Positions 9,255-17,329 of a DNA stretch of 64,000 nucleotides are shown here, one piece after another; position 1 is the stretch's first letter, and each line of letters starts with the position of its first letter. Source of the DNA: an uncultured Planctomycetia bacterium (GTDB taxonomy: Bacteria; Omnitrophota; Gorgyraeia; Gorgyraeales; Gorgyraeaceae); NCBI GenBank assembly GCA_964415355.1, contig CAYPYS010000007.1, positions 11,208 through 75,207 of the forward strand, read 5' to 3'. A model generated the notes under the pieces. The model made no database searches and was not told the DNA's origin. It worked only from the letters and a program-made list of their open reading frames with translations. The position numbers were made by a program, and so were the translations under genes.

Positions 9255-9992
9255 ATGATTAATAACAACGGACATTTATTACGAATACAGGGCCTCGAGA
9301 AATCTTACGACGGTAAAAGAGTCGTGAACGGCGTTAGCATGGAAGTGAAAAGAGGCGAGATCGTCGGGCTTTTAGGTCCTAACGGTGCGGGAAAGACTAC
9401 GACTTTTTATATGGTTGTGGGGATGCTAAAGCCTGAAGGAGGCAAGATAACCTTTGACGGGCAAGATATCACAAAACTGCCCATGTACAGGCGTTCGCGA
9501 TGCGGCATTGGTTATCTTTCTCAAGAGCCTTCTATTTTTAGAAAACTTACGGTCGAAGAGAATATAATGGCGATATTAGAGACGCTGGATCTTCCGCGCT
9601 CAGTCCGCAAGAAAAGGCTAAAGGAACTCCTGGGGGAATTACATATTGCGCATCTCGCTAAAAAGAGCGCGTACATGCTTTCCGGCGGGGAGAGACGCAG
9701 ATTAGAAATAACAAGGGCGCTTGTGACAAACCCGCTGTTTATACTTCTTGATGAGCCTTTTAGCGGCATTGACCCCATTGCAGTGTCTGATGCGCAGGAC
9801 ATAATAGCTGACCTGAGGCAAAAAGGCCTCGGCATCCTTCTTACCGATCACAATGTTAGAGAAACACTTGAAATAACAGACCGTTCGTATATAATGGCAG
9901 AAGGAAGAATACTGATATCAGGGACAGCTGATAAACTTATAAAGGATTCAAGGGCCCGTGAAATATATTTGGGTGAGAATTTCCGCATGTAA
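9255..9992 (+). CDS. lptB: LPS export ABC transporter ATP-binding protein LptB
   Basis: Walker A 'GPNGAGKTT', 'YLSQEPSIFRKLTVEENI', signature 'LSGGERRR', Walker B 'ILLDEPF'. Confidence 0.9.
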   Translation: MINNNGHLLRIQGLEKSYDGKRVVNGVSMEVKRGEIVGLLGPNGAGKTTTFYMVVGMLKPEGGKITFDGQDITKLPMYRRSRCGIGYLSQEPSIFRKLTVEENIMAILETLDLPRSVRKKRLKELLGELHIAHLAKKSAYMLSGGERRRLEITRALVTNPLFILLDEPFSGIDPIAVSDAQDIIADLRQKGLGILLTDHNVRETLEITDRSYIMAEGRILISGTADKLIKDSRAREIYLGENFRM

Positions 9993-10026
9993 CTTTACAT
10001 TTCAACAACGTTAAAGTGTAAAGTTA
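9990..10026 (-). repeat. Palindromic repeat copy 7 (T1, rev)
   Basis: taactttacatttcaacaacgttaaagtgtaaagtta; TAA is the lptB stop. Confidence 0.9.
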
Positions 10027-10048
10027 AAACGAGAAAGAATAGAACAAT

Positions 10049-11110
10049 ATGAAATCCAGCATAAAAAAACACAAAAACTGCAAAAGAGTAGCGGAGGTCA
10101 AGCTTGCGCCTGAGAGGGTCAAGGACGAGTTTGAGAGAGTCTACAGGGATATTCAGAGAGTTGCAAGCGTGCCTGGGTACAGGGTCGGGAAGGCGCCGCG
10201 TGATCTATTGGAACTTCACTATGGAAAGACTGCCAGAGAAGAAGTGATCAAAAATCTCATACCTGAGACTTACAGGAAGTTATTGGAAGAACACAAGTTG
10301 GACCCGATAGGCTATCCAGACATAAGCGATGTGAAGCTGGATCTAAAAGACGGATTTTATTATAAGGCCAGCATTGAGACAAAGCCGGAATTTACATTGA
10401 AAAGTTACAAGGGTTTGAAGATTAAAAAGAAAAGTGCTGAGGCAAAAGAAGAAGATGTCCAGAAAAATTTAGAGTCGCTGCGAGAGATGCATGCGCAAAG
10501 AATACCTAAGAAAGAAAGCAAAGAAGGCGAGGAAAAAGAAAAGGTTCTTCCTAAGCTGGATGATGAGTTTGCCAAGGATCTTGGCCTTGAGAATCTGGAA
10601 AAACTAAAAGAAGTAGTGAAAGATGGATTAAAGAAGCGCCTGGAACAGGAGAGTCAAGCTGATCTGGAGATGCAGATCATCAATCAGCTTGTCGATGGTG
10701 TTAATTTTGAGGTACCTGAGTCACTTGTGAATGCCGAAAAAGAAAGGTTGATAAAAGACGCCGAGAATCGCATCTCGTATATGCAGGCTATCCAGAAACA
10801 ACAAGATCCGAAAAAGGAATTTTCATTGAATGATAAGGACAAGAAAGAGCTGGAGGCCAATGCAGAAAAGCAGGCGTTGCGCCAGGTAAAGGCGTTTTTT
10901 ATGCTGGACAGGATCGCGCAGGCTGAAAAGATATATTTGAAACAGGAAGAGCTGGAACAGCACATTGACCAGATTGCAAAGCAGTATAAAAAGACAAAGG
11001 AAGAAGCAAGGGCGCAGCTGGAAAAGAACCGCATGCTTGACGAGATGGCCGTGAACATGAGGAATGCAAAGGTAATAGAGTTTCTTATAAAGGAAGCAAA
11101 GGTTTCTTAA
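10049..11110 (+). CDS. tig: Trigger factor lacking the FKBP/PPIase domain
   Basis: Ribosome-binding signature 'VPGYRVGKAP' (GFRxGxxP-like) in the N-domain. The C-terminal arm domain is recognisable ('LPKLDDEFAKDLG...'). At 353 aa the middle ~100-aa PPIase module is replaced by a short Lys/Glu linker. Confidence 0.8.
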   Translation: MKSSIKKHKNCKRVAEVKLAPERVKDEFERVYRDIQRVASVPGYRVGKAPRDLLELHYGKTAREEVIKNLIPETYRKLLEEHKLDPIGYPDISDVKLDLKDGFYYKASIETKPEFTLKSYKGLKIKKKSAEAKEEDVQKNLESLREMHAQRIPKKESKEGEEKEKVLPKLDDEFAKDLGLENLEKLKEVVKDGLKKRLEQESQADLEMQIINQLVDGVNFEVPESLVNAEKERLIKDAENRISYMQAIQKQQDPKKEFSLNDKDKKELEANAEKQALRQVKAFFMLDRIAQAEKIYLKQEELEQHIDQIAKQYKKTKEEARAQLEKNRMLDEMAVNMRNAKVIEFLIKEAKVS

Positions 11111-11146
11111 AGTATACTTTTAACATTGTTGAAATGTATACTTAAG
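11108..11146 (+). repeat. Palindromic repeat copy 8 (T2, fwd)
   Basis: taaagtatacttttaacattgttgaaatgtatacttaag; TAA is the tig stop. Confidence 0.85.
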
Positions 11147-11152
11147 CGTTAT

Positions 11153-11175
11153 GTCATTCCCGTGTAAACGGGAAT
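11153..11175 (+). repeat. Second hairpin repeat family, copy 2
   Basis: gtcattcccg tgtaaa cgggaat, 7 nt after a T2-type palindromic repeat. It generates the spurious 'MSFPCKRES' extension of clpP. Confidence 0.7.
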
Positions 11176-11195
11176 CCAAAAACCAGGAGGCGTAT

Positions 11196-11798
11196 ATGTC
11201 AACATTGGTTCCTATAGTCGTAGAGCAATCGGATCGGGGCGAGCGCGCGTATGATATTTATTCAAGGCTTTTGAAAGACAGGATAATTTTTATCGGCGAC
11301 GCTATAAATGACCTTGTTGCGAATCTTGTAATTGCGCAGATGCTTTTTCTCCAGCAGGAAGACGCCGGCAGGGATATTAATATTTACATAAATAGCCCAG
11401 GCGGCGTAGTGACAGCCGGGCTCGCGATCTACGACACCATGCAGTTCGTGAAGCCGGACATCGCTACATTTTGTGTCGGGCAAGCGACCAGCATGGGAGC
11501 AGTGCTTCTGGCAGCAGGCGCGAAAGGCAAGCGCCACGCATTGCCTAACTCCAGGGTGATGATCCATCAGCCTTGGGGAGGCGTACAGGGCCAGGCCGCA
11601 GATATCGGCATACAGGCTAAAGAGATATTAAAGATGCGCGACAGGATTAATGAGATATTGGCAAAGCACACAGGTCAGAAATTAGATAAGATACAAAAAG
11701 ACACGGACAGAGACTATTTTATGGCAGCTAAAGAGGCAGAGGAATACGGACTCATAGACGAAGTAATTATCGGCGGAAAACCAGCAAAGAAGAAATAA
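11196..11798 (+). CDS. clpP: ATP-dependent Clp protease proteolytic subunit
   Basis: '[22 protein letters not shown]', catalytic Ser in '[12 protein letters not shown]', His in 'MIHQP'. The ATG at 11196 with SD aggagg is preferred; the ORF-track start 11151 lies in a hairpin repeat. Confidence 0.95.
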   Translation: MSTLVPIVVEQSDRGERAYDIYSRLLKDRIIFIGDAINDLVANLVIAQMLFLQQEDAGRDINIYINSPGGVVTAGLAIYDTMQFVKPDIATFCVGQATSMGAVLLAAGAKGKRHALPNSRVMIHQPWGGVQGQAADIGIQAKEILKMRDRINEILAKHTGQKLDKIQKDTDRDYFMAAKEAEEYGLIDEVIIGGKPAKKK

Positions 11799-11815
11799 CC
11801 TCACGCTTAACATTG

Positions 11816-11856
11816 CTTAAGTATACATTTCAACAATGTTAAAGTATGTACTTAAG
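11816..11856 (-). repeat. Palindromic repeat copy 9 (T2, rev)
   Basis: cttaagtatacatttcaacaatgttaaagtatgtacttaag; 18 nt after the clpP stop. Confidence 0.85.
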
Positions 11857-11880
11857 ACGCAGGAAAGGCAAAAGAGAGAG

Positions 11881-13011
11881 ATGAAGAATTATTTATTAAC
11901 GCCTGGGCCGACACCGGTGCCGCCAGAGTCTTTAACTGCAATGGCAAGGCCAATGATCCACCACAGGACTCCGCAGTTCCAGGCTATATTAAAGGAAACA
12001 GAAGAAGACCTTAAGTATGTATTCGAAACCAAGGACCCTGTTTTGATATTTGCTGCTAGCGGCACAGGCGCAATGGAAGGGACAGTGTGCAACCTGCTTT
12101 CTCCCGGAGACAAGGCAATAGTCGTAAGAGCCGGGAAATTCGGAGAGAGATGGGGCGAACTGTGCACAGCGTATGGCATAGAATTTATCCCTGTGGATGT
12201 GGAATGGGGCAAGGCAGTCGAGCCGCAGGAGATAAAAAAGATTTTAGATAAAGAATCTAAGATAAAGGCAGTTTATGTAACACTCTGCGAGACATCCACG
12301 GGTACCGCTACAGACATACGGAAAATCGCAGCGATAACAAAGGACACTCAGGCGGTTTTGGTCGTGGATGCGATAAGCGCGCTCGGCGCAGTGCCTCTGA
12401 AGACTGACGAGTGGGGCATTGATGTTGTAGTATCTGGTTCGCAGAAAGGGCTGATGATCCCGCCAGGCCTTGCGTTTGTGAGTTTAAACGAAAAGGCATG
12501 GAAGCTTGCTGAGGTATCGAAGCTGCCAAAATACTATTTTAATTTCAAGGCGTACAAAAAATCTATCGAGAAAAACGACACGCCTTATACGTCTGCCGTG
12601 AATCTTATAATAGGCCTGAACGAGGCGCTGAGGATCATCAGGAGAGACGGGCTTGCGAATGTAATTGCCCGACATAAAAAGCATGCGCAGGCTGTGCGCT
12701 CGGCTTGCAACGCCCTGGGGCTCGAGCTTTTCGCGCCAGACGCGTATTCTGACGCTGTGACTTCGGTTAAGGTGCCAGAGGGGATTGACGGCGCGAAGCT
12801 TGTAAAGACAATGCGCGACAAATACGGCGTGGCGATCGCTGGCGGACAGGCGCAGCTAAAAGGAAAGATATTCAGGATAGCTACCATGGGCTACATTACG
12901 GCAGCGGATTTAAAAATAGGCATAGAGACTCTTGAGACAGCACTTGCAGAGTCAGGATATAAGTTTGAAAAAGGCGCAGGAGTCAAGGCGCTGGAGAAGG
13001 GGTTGAGCTAA
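11881..13011 (+). CDS. Class V aminotransferase (serine-pyruvate/phosphoserine aminotransferase type)
   Basis: 'LLTPGPTPVP' N-terminus, PLP-Lys context 'SGSQKGLMIPPG', adjacent to serA. Start 11881 is preferred over 11836, which lies in the repeat. Confidence 0.8.
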   Translation: MKNYLLTPGPTPVPPESLTAMARPMIHHRTPQFQAILKETEEDLKYVFETKDPVLIFAASGTGAMEGTVCNLLSPGDKAIVVRAGKFGERWGELCTAYGIEFIPVDVEWGKAVEPQEIKKILDKESKIKAVYVTLCETSTGTATDIRKIAAITKDTQAVLVVDAISALGAVPLKTDEWGIDVVVSGSQKGLMIPPGLAFVSLNEKAWKLAEVSKLPKYYFNFKAYKKSIEKNDTPYTSAVNLIIGLNEALRIIRRDGLANVIARHKKHAQAVRSACNALGLELFAPDAYSDAVTSVKVPEGIDGAKLVKTMRDKYGVAIAGGQAQLKGKIFRIATMGYITAADLKIGIETLETALAESGYKFEKGAGVKALEKGLS

Positions 13012-13046
13012 CTTTACACTTTAACGTTGTTGAAATGTAAAGTTAG
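13009..13046 (+). repeat. Palindromic repeat copy 10 (T1, fwd)
   Basis: taactttacactttaacgttgttgaaatgtaaagttag; TAA is the stop of the class V aminotransferase. Confidence 0.9.
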
Positions 13047-13086
13047 TGCTTCTGCTTTCACAGGAGCGACAATAAGAGGAGAAGTT

Positions 13087-14670
13087 ATGCTCAGGATACT
13101 TATAAGTGACCCTTTGGCAAAAGAAGGTGTTGAGTTACTGCAGGCGGAAAAGAGTTTTAAGGTAGACGTGAAATTAAAACTTCCTCCGGAAGAGCTGAAG
13201 AAGATAATCAAGGATTATGACGCGCTTTTGGTGCGGAGTGGCACAAAGGTCACGAAAGACATTATAGAGAAGGCGAATAAATTAAAGGTGATAGGCAGGG
13301 CCGGAGTAGGACTTGACAATGTTGATCTTAGCGCTGCTTCGAAGCGCGGCATCATAGTCATGAATACGCCAGGAGGCAACACGATCTCTACTGCTGAGCA
13401 CACGATGTCTCTTATGCTCGCGCTTTCCCGAAACATACCTCAGGCAGACGTTTCGACGAAACAGGGTAAGTGGGAGAGAAAAAAGTTCATGGGCGTCGAG
13501 CTGCATGGTAAGACACTGGGCATTATAGGGCTCGGGAGGATCGGCGGCGAGGTTGCGAAGCGCGCCAAGACATTTGGCATGAAGGTGCTGGTGTATGATC
13601 CGTTTTTGTCATTGGATAAAGTAGAGGAATTAGGCATTGTGTCAGCTGAATTGGACGCTATATTTAAAGCGTCGGACTACATTACGGTCCATACGCCGCT
13701 CACAGATGAAACAAAGCATATTATCGGCAAGAAGACAATAGACAAGATGAAAAAAGGAGTGCGCATTGTAAATTGCGCAAGAGGTGGCATTATAGATGAA
13801 ACGGCAGTGGTCTATGGAATAAAGAGCGGGAAAATAGCGGGCGCTGCATTTGACGTATATGAAAAAGAGCCTCCGAAAGACAGTCCTCTGATTGGATGCG
13901 AGAATATTATCCTTACTCCTCACTTGGGCGCGTCTACAGAGGAAGCGCAGGTCAATGTGGCGGTAGATATTGCCAATAGCGCGAAGGACGCGCTCTTGGG
14001 CTGCGGCATACGGAATGCCGTGAACGTGCCATGTGTCGACGCAGAGCTTTACAAGGTCCTGCATCCTTACGCAGAGCTCAGCGAGAAGATGGGTTCGCTA
14101 GCCGCGCAGATCGCTAGCGGCAGGATATCGCAGATAAATATAAAATACTCAGGTGACATCGCCAAGTATGGTTCGTCCCCTTTGACAGTGGCTGTTGTAA
14201 AAGGAGCGCTTACGCCTATTTTACAGGAGACAGTCAACTACGTTAATTCTCTTATAGTGGCAAAGGAGCGGGGGATAAAGGTCAAGGAATCCAAGTCAAT
14301 GGAACTGGAAGAGTACGCGAATCTTGTAACAGTGGAGGTCAAGACAGATAAGGGTTCGGTGTCGGTCGACGGGACCTTGTTTACGAAGACCGATGCGAGG
14401 ATCGTGAAGGTCAATGAGTTTCATGTGGATGCGATACCCGAAGGCTACATGCTGGTGGCTCACAATATTGACGTGCCCGGCATCATAGGTAAGATAGGGA
14501 CGATACTCGGGAATAACAAAATAAATATCGCGGCGATGACATTCGGGCGGGAAAAACCGGGCGGAAAAACACTTTCGGTCTTAAACGTGGATAGCGCAGT
14601 GCCTGAAAATGTGCTTTCAGAGATAAGAAAGGCAAAGAATATTTTAGACGCAACGCTGATAAAACTCTAA
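13087..14670 (+). CDS. serA: D-3-phosphoglycerate dehydrogenase (long form with C-terminal ACT domain)
   Basis: 'GRAGVGLDNVD', NAD fold 'GIIGLGRIGGEVA', 'TPHLGAST'. Start 13087 with SD aagaggag; the ORF-track start 13027 ('MLKCKV') is a repeat-derived artefact. Confidence 0.9.
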   Translation: MLRILISDPLAKEGVELLQAEKSFKVDVKLKLPPEELKKIIKDYDALLVRSGTKVTKDIIEKANKLKVIGRAGVGLDNVDLSAASKRGIIVMNTPGGNTISTAEHTMSLMLALSRNIPQADVSTKQGKWERKKFMGVELHGKTLGIIGLGRIGGEVAKRAKTFGMKVLVYDPFLSLDKVEELGIVSAELDAIFKASDYITVHTPLTDETKHIIGKKTIDKMKKGVRIVNCARGGIIDETAVVYGIKSGKIAGAAFDVYEKEPPKDSPLIGCENIILTPHLGASTEEAQVNVAVDIANSAKDALLGCGIRNAVNVPCVDAELYKVLHPYAELSEKMGSLAAQIASGRISQINIKYSGDIAKYGSSPLTVAVVKGALTPILQETVNYVNSLIVAKERGIKVKESKSMELEEYANLVTVEVKTDKGSVSVDGTLFTKTDARIVKVNEFHVDAIPEGYMLVAHNIDVPGIIGKIGTILGNNKINIAAMTFGREKPGGKTLSVLNVDSAVPENVLSEIRKAKNILDATLIKL

Positions 14671-14705
14671 CTTTACATTTCAACAATGTTAAAGTGTAAA
14701 GTTAG
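14668..14705 (-). repeat. Palindromic repeat copy 11 (T1, rev)
   Basis: taactttacatttcaacaatgttaaagtgtaaagttag; TAA is the serA stop. Confidence 0.9.
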
Positions 14706-14735
14706 CTTGGTATGCGTAAAAAAAGGGGAAAGTAT

Positions 14736-15974
14736 ATGAAAAAGAAAAACAAGATCTATATCATAGATGTAACCAACAGGGATGGCGTGCAGACATCCAG
14801 ACTCGGATTGGCAAAACTTCAGAAGACCATGATAAACATCATGCTGAACAATATGGGTGTATTTGGAAGCGAGTTTGGTTTTCCTGTTACGCACCACGAG
14901 ACCAATTATCTGAATGCGAATTTGAAGCTTGTGCGCAAAGGCTTGCTGAAACCAATAGCGTTAAATGGCTGGGTAAGGGCAATAAAGGCCGATGTGAAGG
15001 CAGCGCTGGAGTTGACAGATGTTGAAAATCTGAATCTTTCAATATCCACTTCAGATCAGATGACGCGCGGCAAGTTTCAAGGCAAGAAGACAAGAGATGA
15101 TGTCATAAAGATGATGACAGAGGCGTTGGATTATTCCAGAAAGAGGAAGCTCAAGATAATCGGTGTAAATGCAGAAGATGCATCGCGAACTGATATGCCG
15201 TTTCTTATAAAATTCGCAAAGGTTGCTAGAGATCATGGTGCAGATAGGATCAGGTATTGTGACACGCTTGGCTATGATGATCCGTTTACGATTTACAGGC
15301 GCGTAAAGACGCTTGCGAGCGAGGTGAAGTTGCCGATAGAACTCCATTGTCACAATGACCTAGGCATGGTGGTGGCGTGTTCGATCAGCGGTGCAAAGGC
15401 AGCGATCGACGCTGGTTGTGACGCGTACATAAATACTACTGTAAACGGTATGGGAGAGAGGGCTGGCAACGCAGACCTTGTCTCAGTCATACTCGCGCTT
15501 AAGTATTCGAGCGGATTTGCCAAAAAATACCATTTAGATGAGAATGTAAAGCTGGATCATGCCTGGAAGATTGCAAAGTATGCTTCGTATGCATTTGGAG
15601 TGCCGATACCTATAAATCAACCGGGCGTTGGCGCAAACGCATTTGCGCACGAAAGCGGCATTCACGCAGACGGCGCGTTAAAAGACAGGCGCAATTATGA
15701 GCTTTATGATTATGAGGAGCTCGGAAGAGGCGACGCAGAACTCATAGAGACAGGCAGGCAGATCACCGCTGGAGAGTATAGCGGCATCAAAGGTTTTAGA
15801 AATGTATACGAAAGGCTGGAAGTAAAGTTCAAGAACGACAAACAGGCTACCGAGATCCTTGAGCTGGTGCGTTACGCAAATGTTCACACGCAGCAACCCC
15901 TTACGAACGACGAGCTTAAGTTTATAGCCAAATATCCAGACATAGCAAAGCAGATTTTTACAATGACCCCCTAA
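14736..15974 (+). CDS. HMGL-like 2-isopropylmalate/homocitrate/citramalate synthase family protein
   Basis: 'IIDVTNRDGVQT' and 'HCHNDLGM' metal-binding motifs of the DRE-TIM aldolase family. Substrate is not assignable by eye. Start 14736 with SD aagggga. Confidence 0.7.
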   Translation: MKKKNKIYIIDVTNRDGVQTSRLGLAKLQKTMINIMLNNMGVFGSEFGFPVTHHETNYLNANLKLVRKGLLKPIALNGWVRAIKADVKAALELTDVENLNLSISTSDQMTRGKFQGKKTRDDVIKMMTEALDYSRKRKLKIIGVNAEDASRTDMPFLIKFAKVARDHGADRIRYCDTLGYDDPFTIYRRVKTLASEVKLPIELHCHNDLGMVVACSISGAKAAIDAGCDAYINTTVNGMGERAGNADLVSVILALKYSSGFAKKYHLDENVKLDHAWKIAKYASYAFGVPIPINQPGVGANAFAHESGIHADGALKDRRNYELYDYEELGRGDAELIETGRQITAGEYSGIKGFRNVYERLEVKFKNDKQATEILELVRYANVHTQQPLTNDELKFIAKYPDIAKQIFTMTP

Positions 15975-16007
15975 CTTTACATTTCAACAATGTTAAAGTG
16001 TAAAGTT
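15972..16007 (-). repeat. Palindromic repeat copy 12 (T1, rev)
   Basis: taactttacatttcaacaatgttaaagtgtaaagtt; TAA is the stop of the HMGL-like synthase. Confidence 0.9.
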
Positions 16008-16046
16008 GGACGGGGTGGTATGCGGTAACGCATAGAAGGAGAGATT

Positions 16047-17279
16047 ATGCCGTGCACAGTTGTTATCGGAGCGCAATGGGGAGATGAAGGCAAAGGGAAG
16101 ATAATAGATATCCTCGCGGCCGACGTAGATATTATCGTGAGATTTCAAGGCGGGAACAATGCTGGTCACACTGTTGTTGTGGGTGACAGGGAATTTATAT
16201 TGCACCTTATACCGTCTGGCGTGCTTCATGAAGGAAAGACCTGTGTTATAGGTAATGGTGTTGTCATTGATCCTGGCGTGCTTTTGTCTGAGCTGGAGAT
16301 GCTCAGGAGAAAATGTATAAAGGTAGATGGTAATTTGCTTATCAGCGAGTCAGCGCATATTATTTTGCCTTACCATAAAGTAATAGATAAGAGGCGCGGA
16401 GCAGAAATAGGCACGACCGGAAGAGGCATAGGGCCGTGTTATGTTGATAAGATGGCGCGTTGCGGCATACGCGCAGTGGATCTGGTGAATGCAGATGTCC
16501 TAAAAAGAAAATTGACAGCTAATTTAGAAGGCTCGAAGGAATTTGACGTCGACGCTATTTACAAAGAATACTTGAATTATGGCAAGAAAATAAAAAAATA
16601 TCTCGCCAATGTCTCTTTGCTTTTGAATACAGCCATATCTAAAAAGAAAAGGATTTTATTCGAAGGCGCCCAGGGTACGCTTTTAGACGTAGACCATGGT
16701 ACATATCCTTATGTGACTTCTTCCAGCGCGAGTGCTGGCGGGGCCTTGACCGGTACTGGCGTGGGTCCGACAAAGATACAGAAGGTAGTGGGCGTTGTAA
16801 AGGCGTATACGACGAGAGTGGGCGAAGGACCGTTTCCGACTGAGTTTAAAAAAGACCTCATGGAAAAAATAAGAAGCAAGGGCAGGGAGTTTGGCGCAAC
16901 CACCGGCAGGCCAAGGCGGTGCGGCTGGTTCGATGCAGTGGTTGTGAAACATTCCGTGCTTGTCAATGGCTTGAGCGAGATCGCGGTGACAAAGCTTGAC
17001 GTTTTGGACGAGATGAAGAGTATAAAAATCTGCACCGGTTATAAATATAAAGGAAATTTGTATAAAGTTTTTCCAGCAGACATAGATGCTTTGTGGCACG
17101 CAAAGCCTGTTTACGAAGAACATAAGGGCTGGATGCAGGATACGACTGGCGTAAGGCAGTACAAAAATTTACCTAAAAACGCAAAGTCGTATTTGAATCG
17201 TCTTTCAAGGCTTTTGGATGTTAAAATCGGGATGGTTTCAGTAGGTTCAAAGCGAAGGCAGGCCTTTAGGGTCAGCTAA
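16047..17279 (+). CDS. purA: Adenylosuccinate synthetase
   Basis: 'GAQWGDEGKGK', 'GNNAGHT', 'GTTGRGIGP', 'GATTGRPRRCGW'. Confidence 0.95.
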   Translation: MPCTVVIGAQWGDEGKGKIIDILAADVDIIVRFQGGNNAGHTVVVGDREFILHLIPSGVLHEGKTCVIGNGVVIDPGVLLSELEMLRRKCIKVDGNLLISESAHIILPYHKVIDKRRGAEIGTTGRGIGPCYVDKMARCGIRAVDLVNADVLKRKLTANLEGSKEFDVDAIYKEYLNYGKKIKKYLANVSLLLNTAISKKKRILFEGAQGTLLDVDHGTYPYVTSSSASAGGALTGTGVGPTKIQKVVGVVKAYTTRVGEGPFPTEFKKDLMEKIRSKGREFGATTGRPRRCGWFDAVVVKHSVLVNGLSEIAVTKLDVLDEMKSIKICTGYKYKGNLYKVFPADIDALWHAKPVYEEHKGWMQDTTGVRQYKNLPKNAKSYLNRLSRLLDVKIGMVSVGSKRRQAFRVS

Positions 17280-17315
17280 CTTTACACTTTAACGTTGTTG
17301 AAATGTAAACTTAAG
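17277..17315 (+). repeat. Palindromic repeat copy 13 (T1, fwd, right arm GTAAACTT)
   Basis: taactttacactttaacgttgttgaaatgtaaacttaag; TAA is the purA stop. Confidence 0.9.
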
Positions 17316-17329
17316 AGAGGAGAAGAGGG

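Noticed and set aside
13027-13086. Recurrent 'MLKCKV...' / 'MLKY...' N-termini in the ORF track (ORFs starting at 8362, 11836, 13027, 39501, 40175 and 42657), which could look like a conserved signal or leader peptide.
   Set aside because: These starts are TTG/GTG codons inside the right arm of the palindromic repeat (ttgttgaaatgtaaagtt). Each gene has a downstream ATG with a proper SD and an N-terminus matching its family, so the extensions are repeat-derived artefacts.
14673-14897. Minus-strand ORFs reading '...LTLHFN(V/I)VEM' at one terminus (14673-14897, 20263-20448, 36398-36607, 37520-37909, 29007-29258).
   Set aside because: The shared peptide is simply the repeat translated on the opposite strand. 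The ORFs otherwise lie antisense to well-supported genes and have no SD or family signature.
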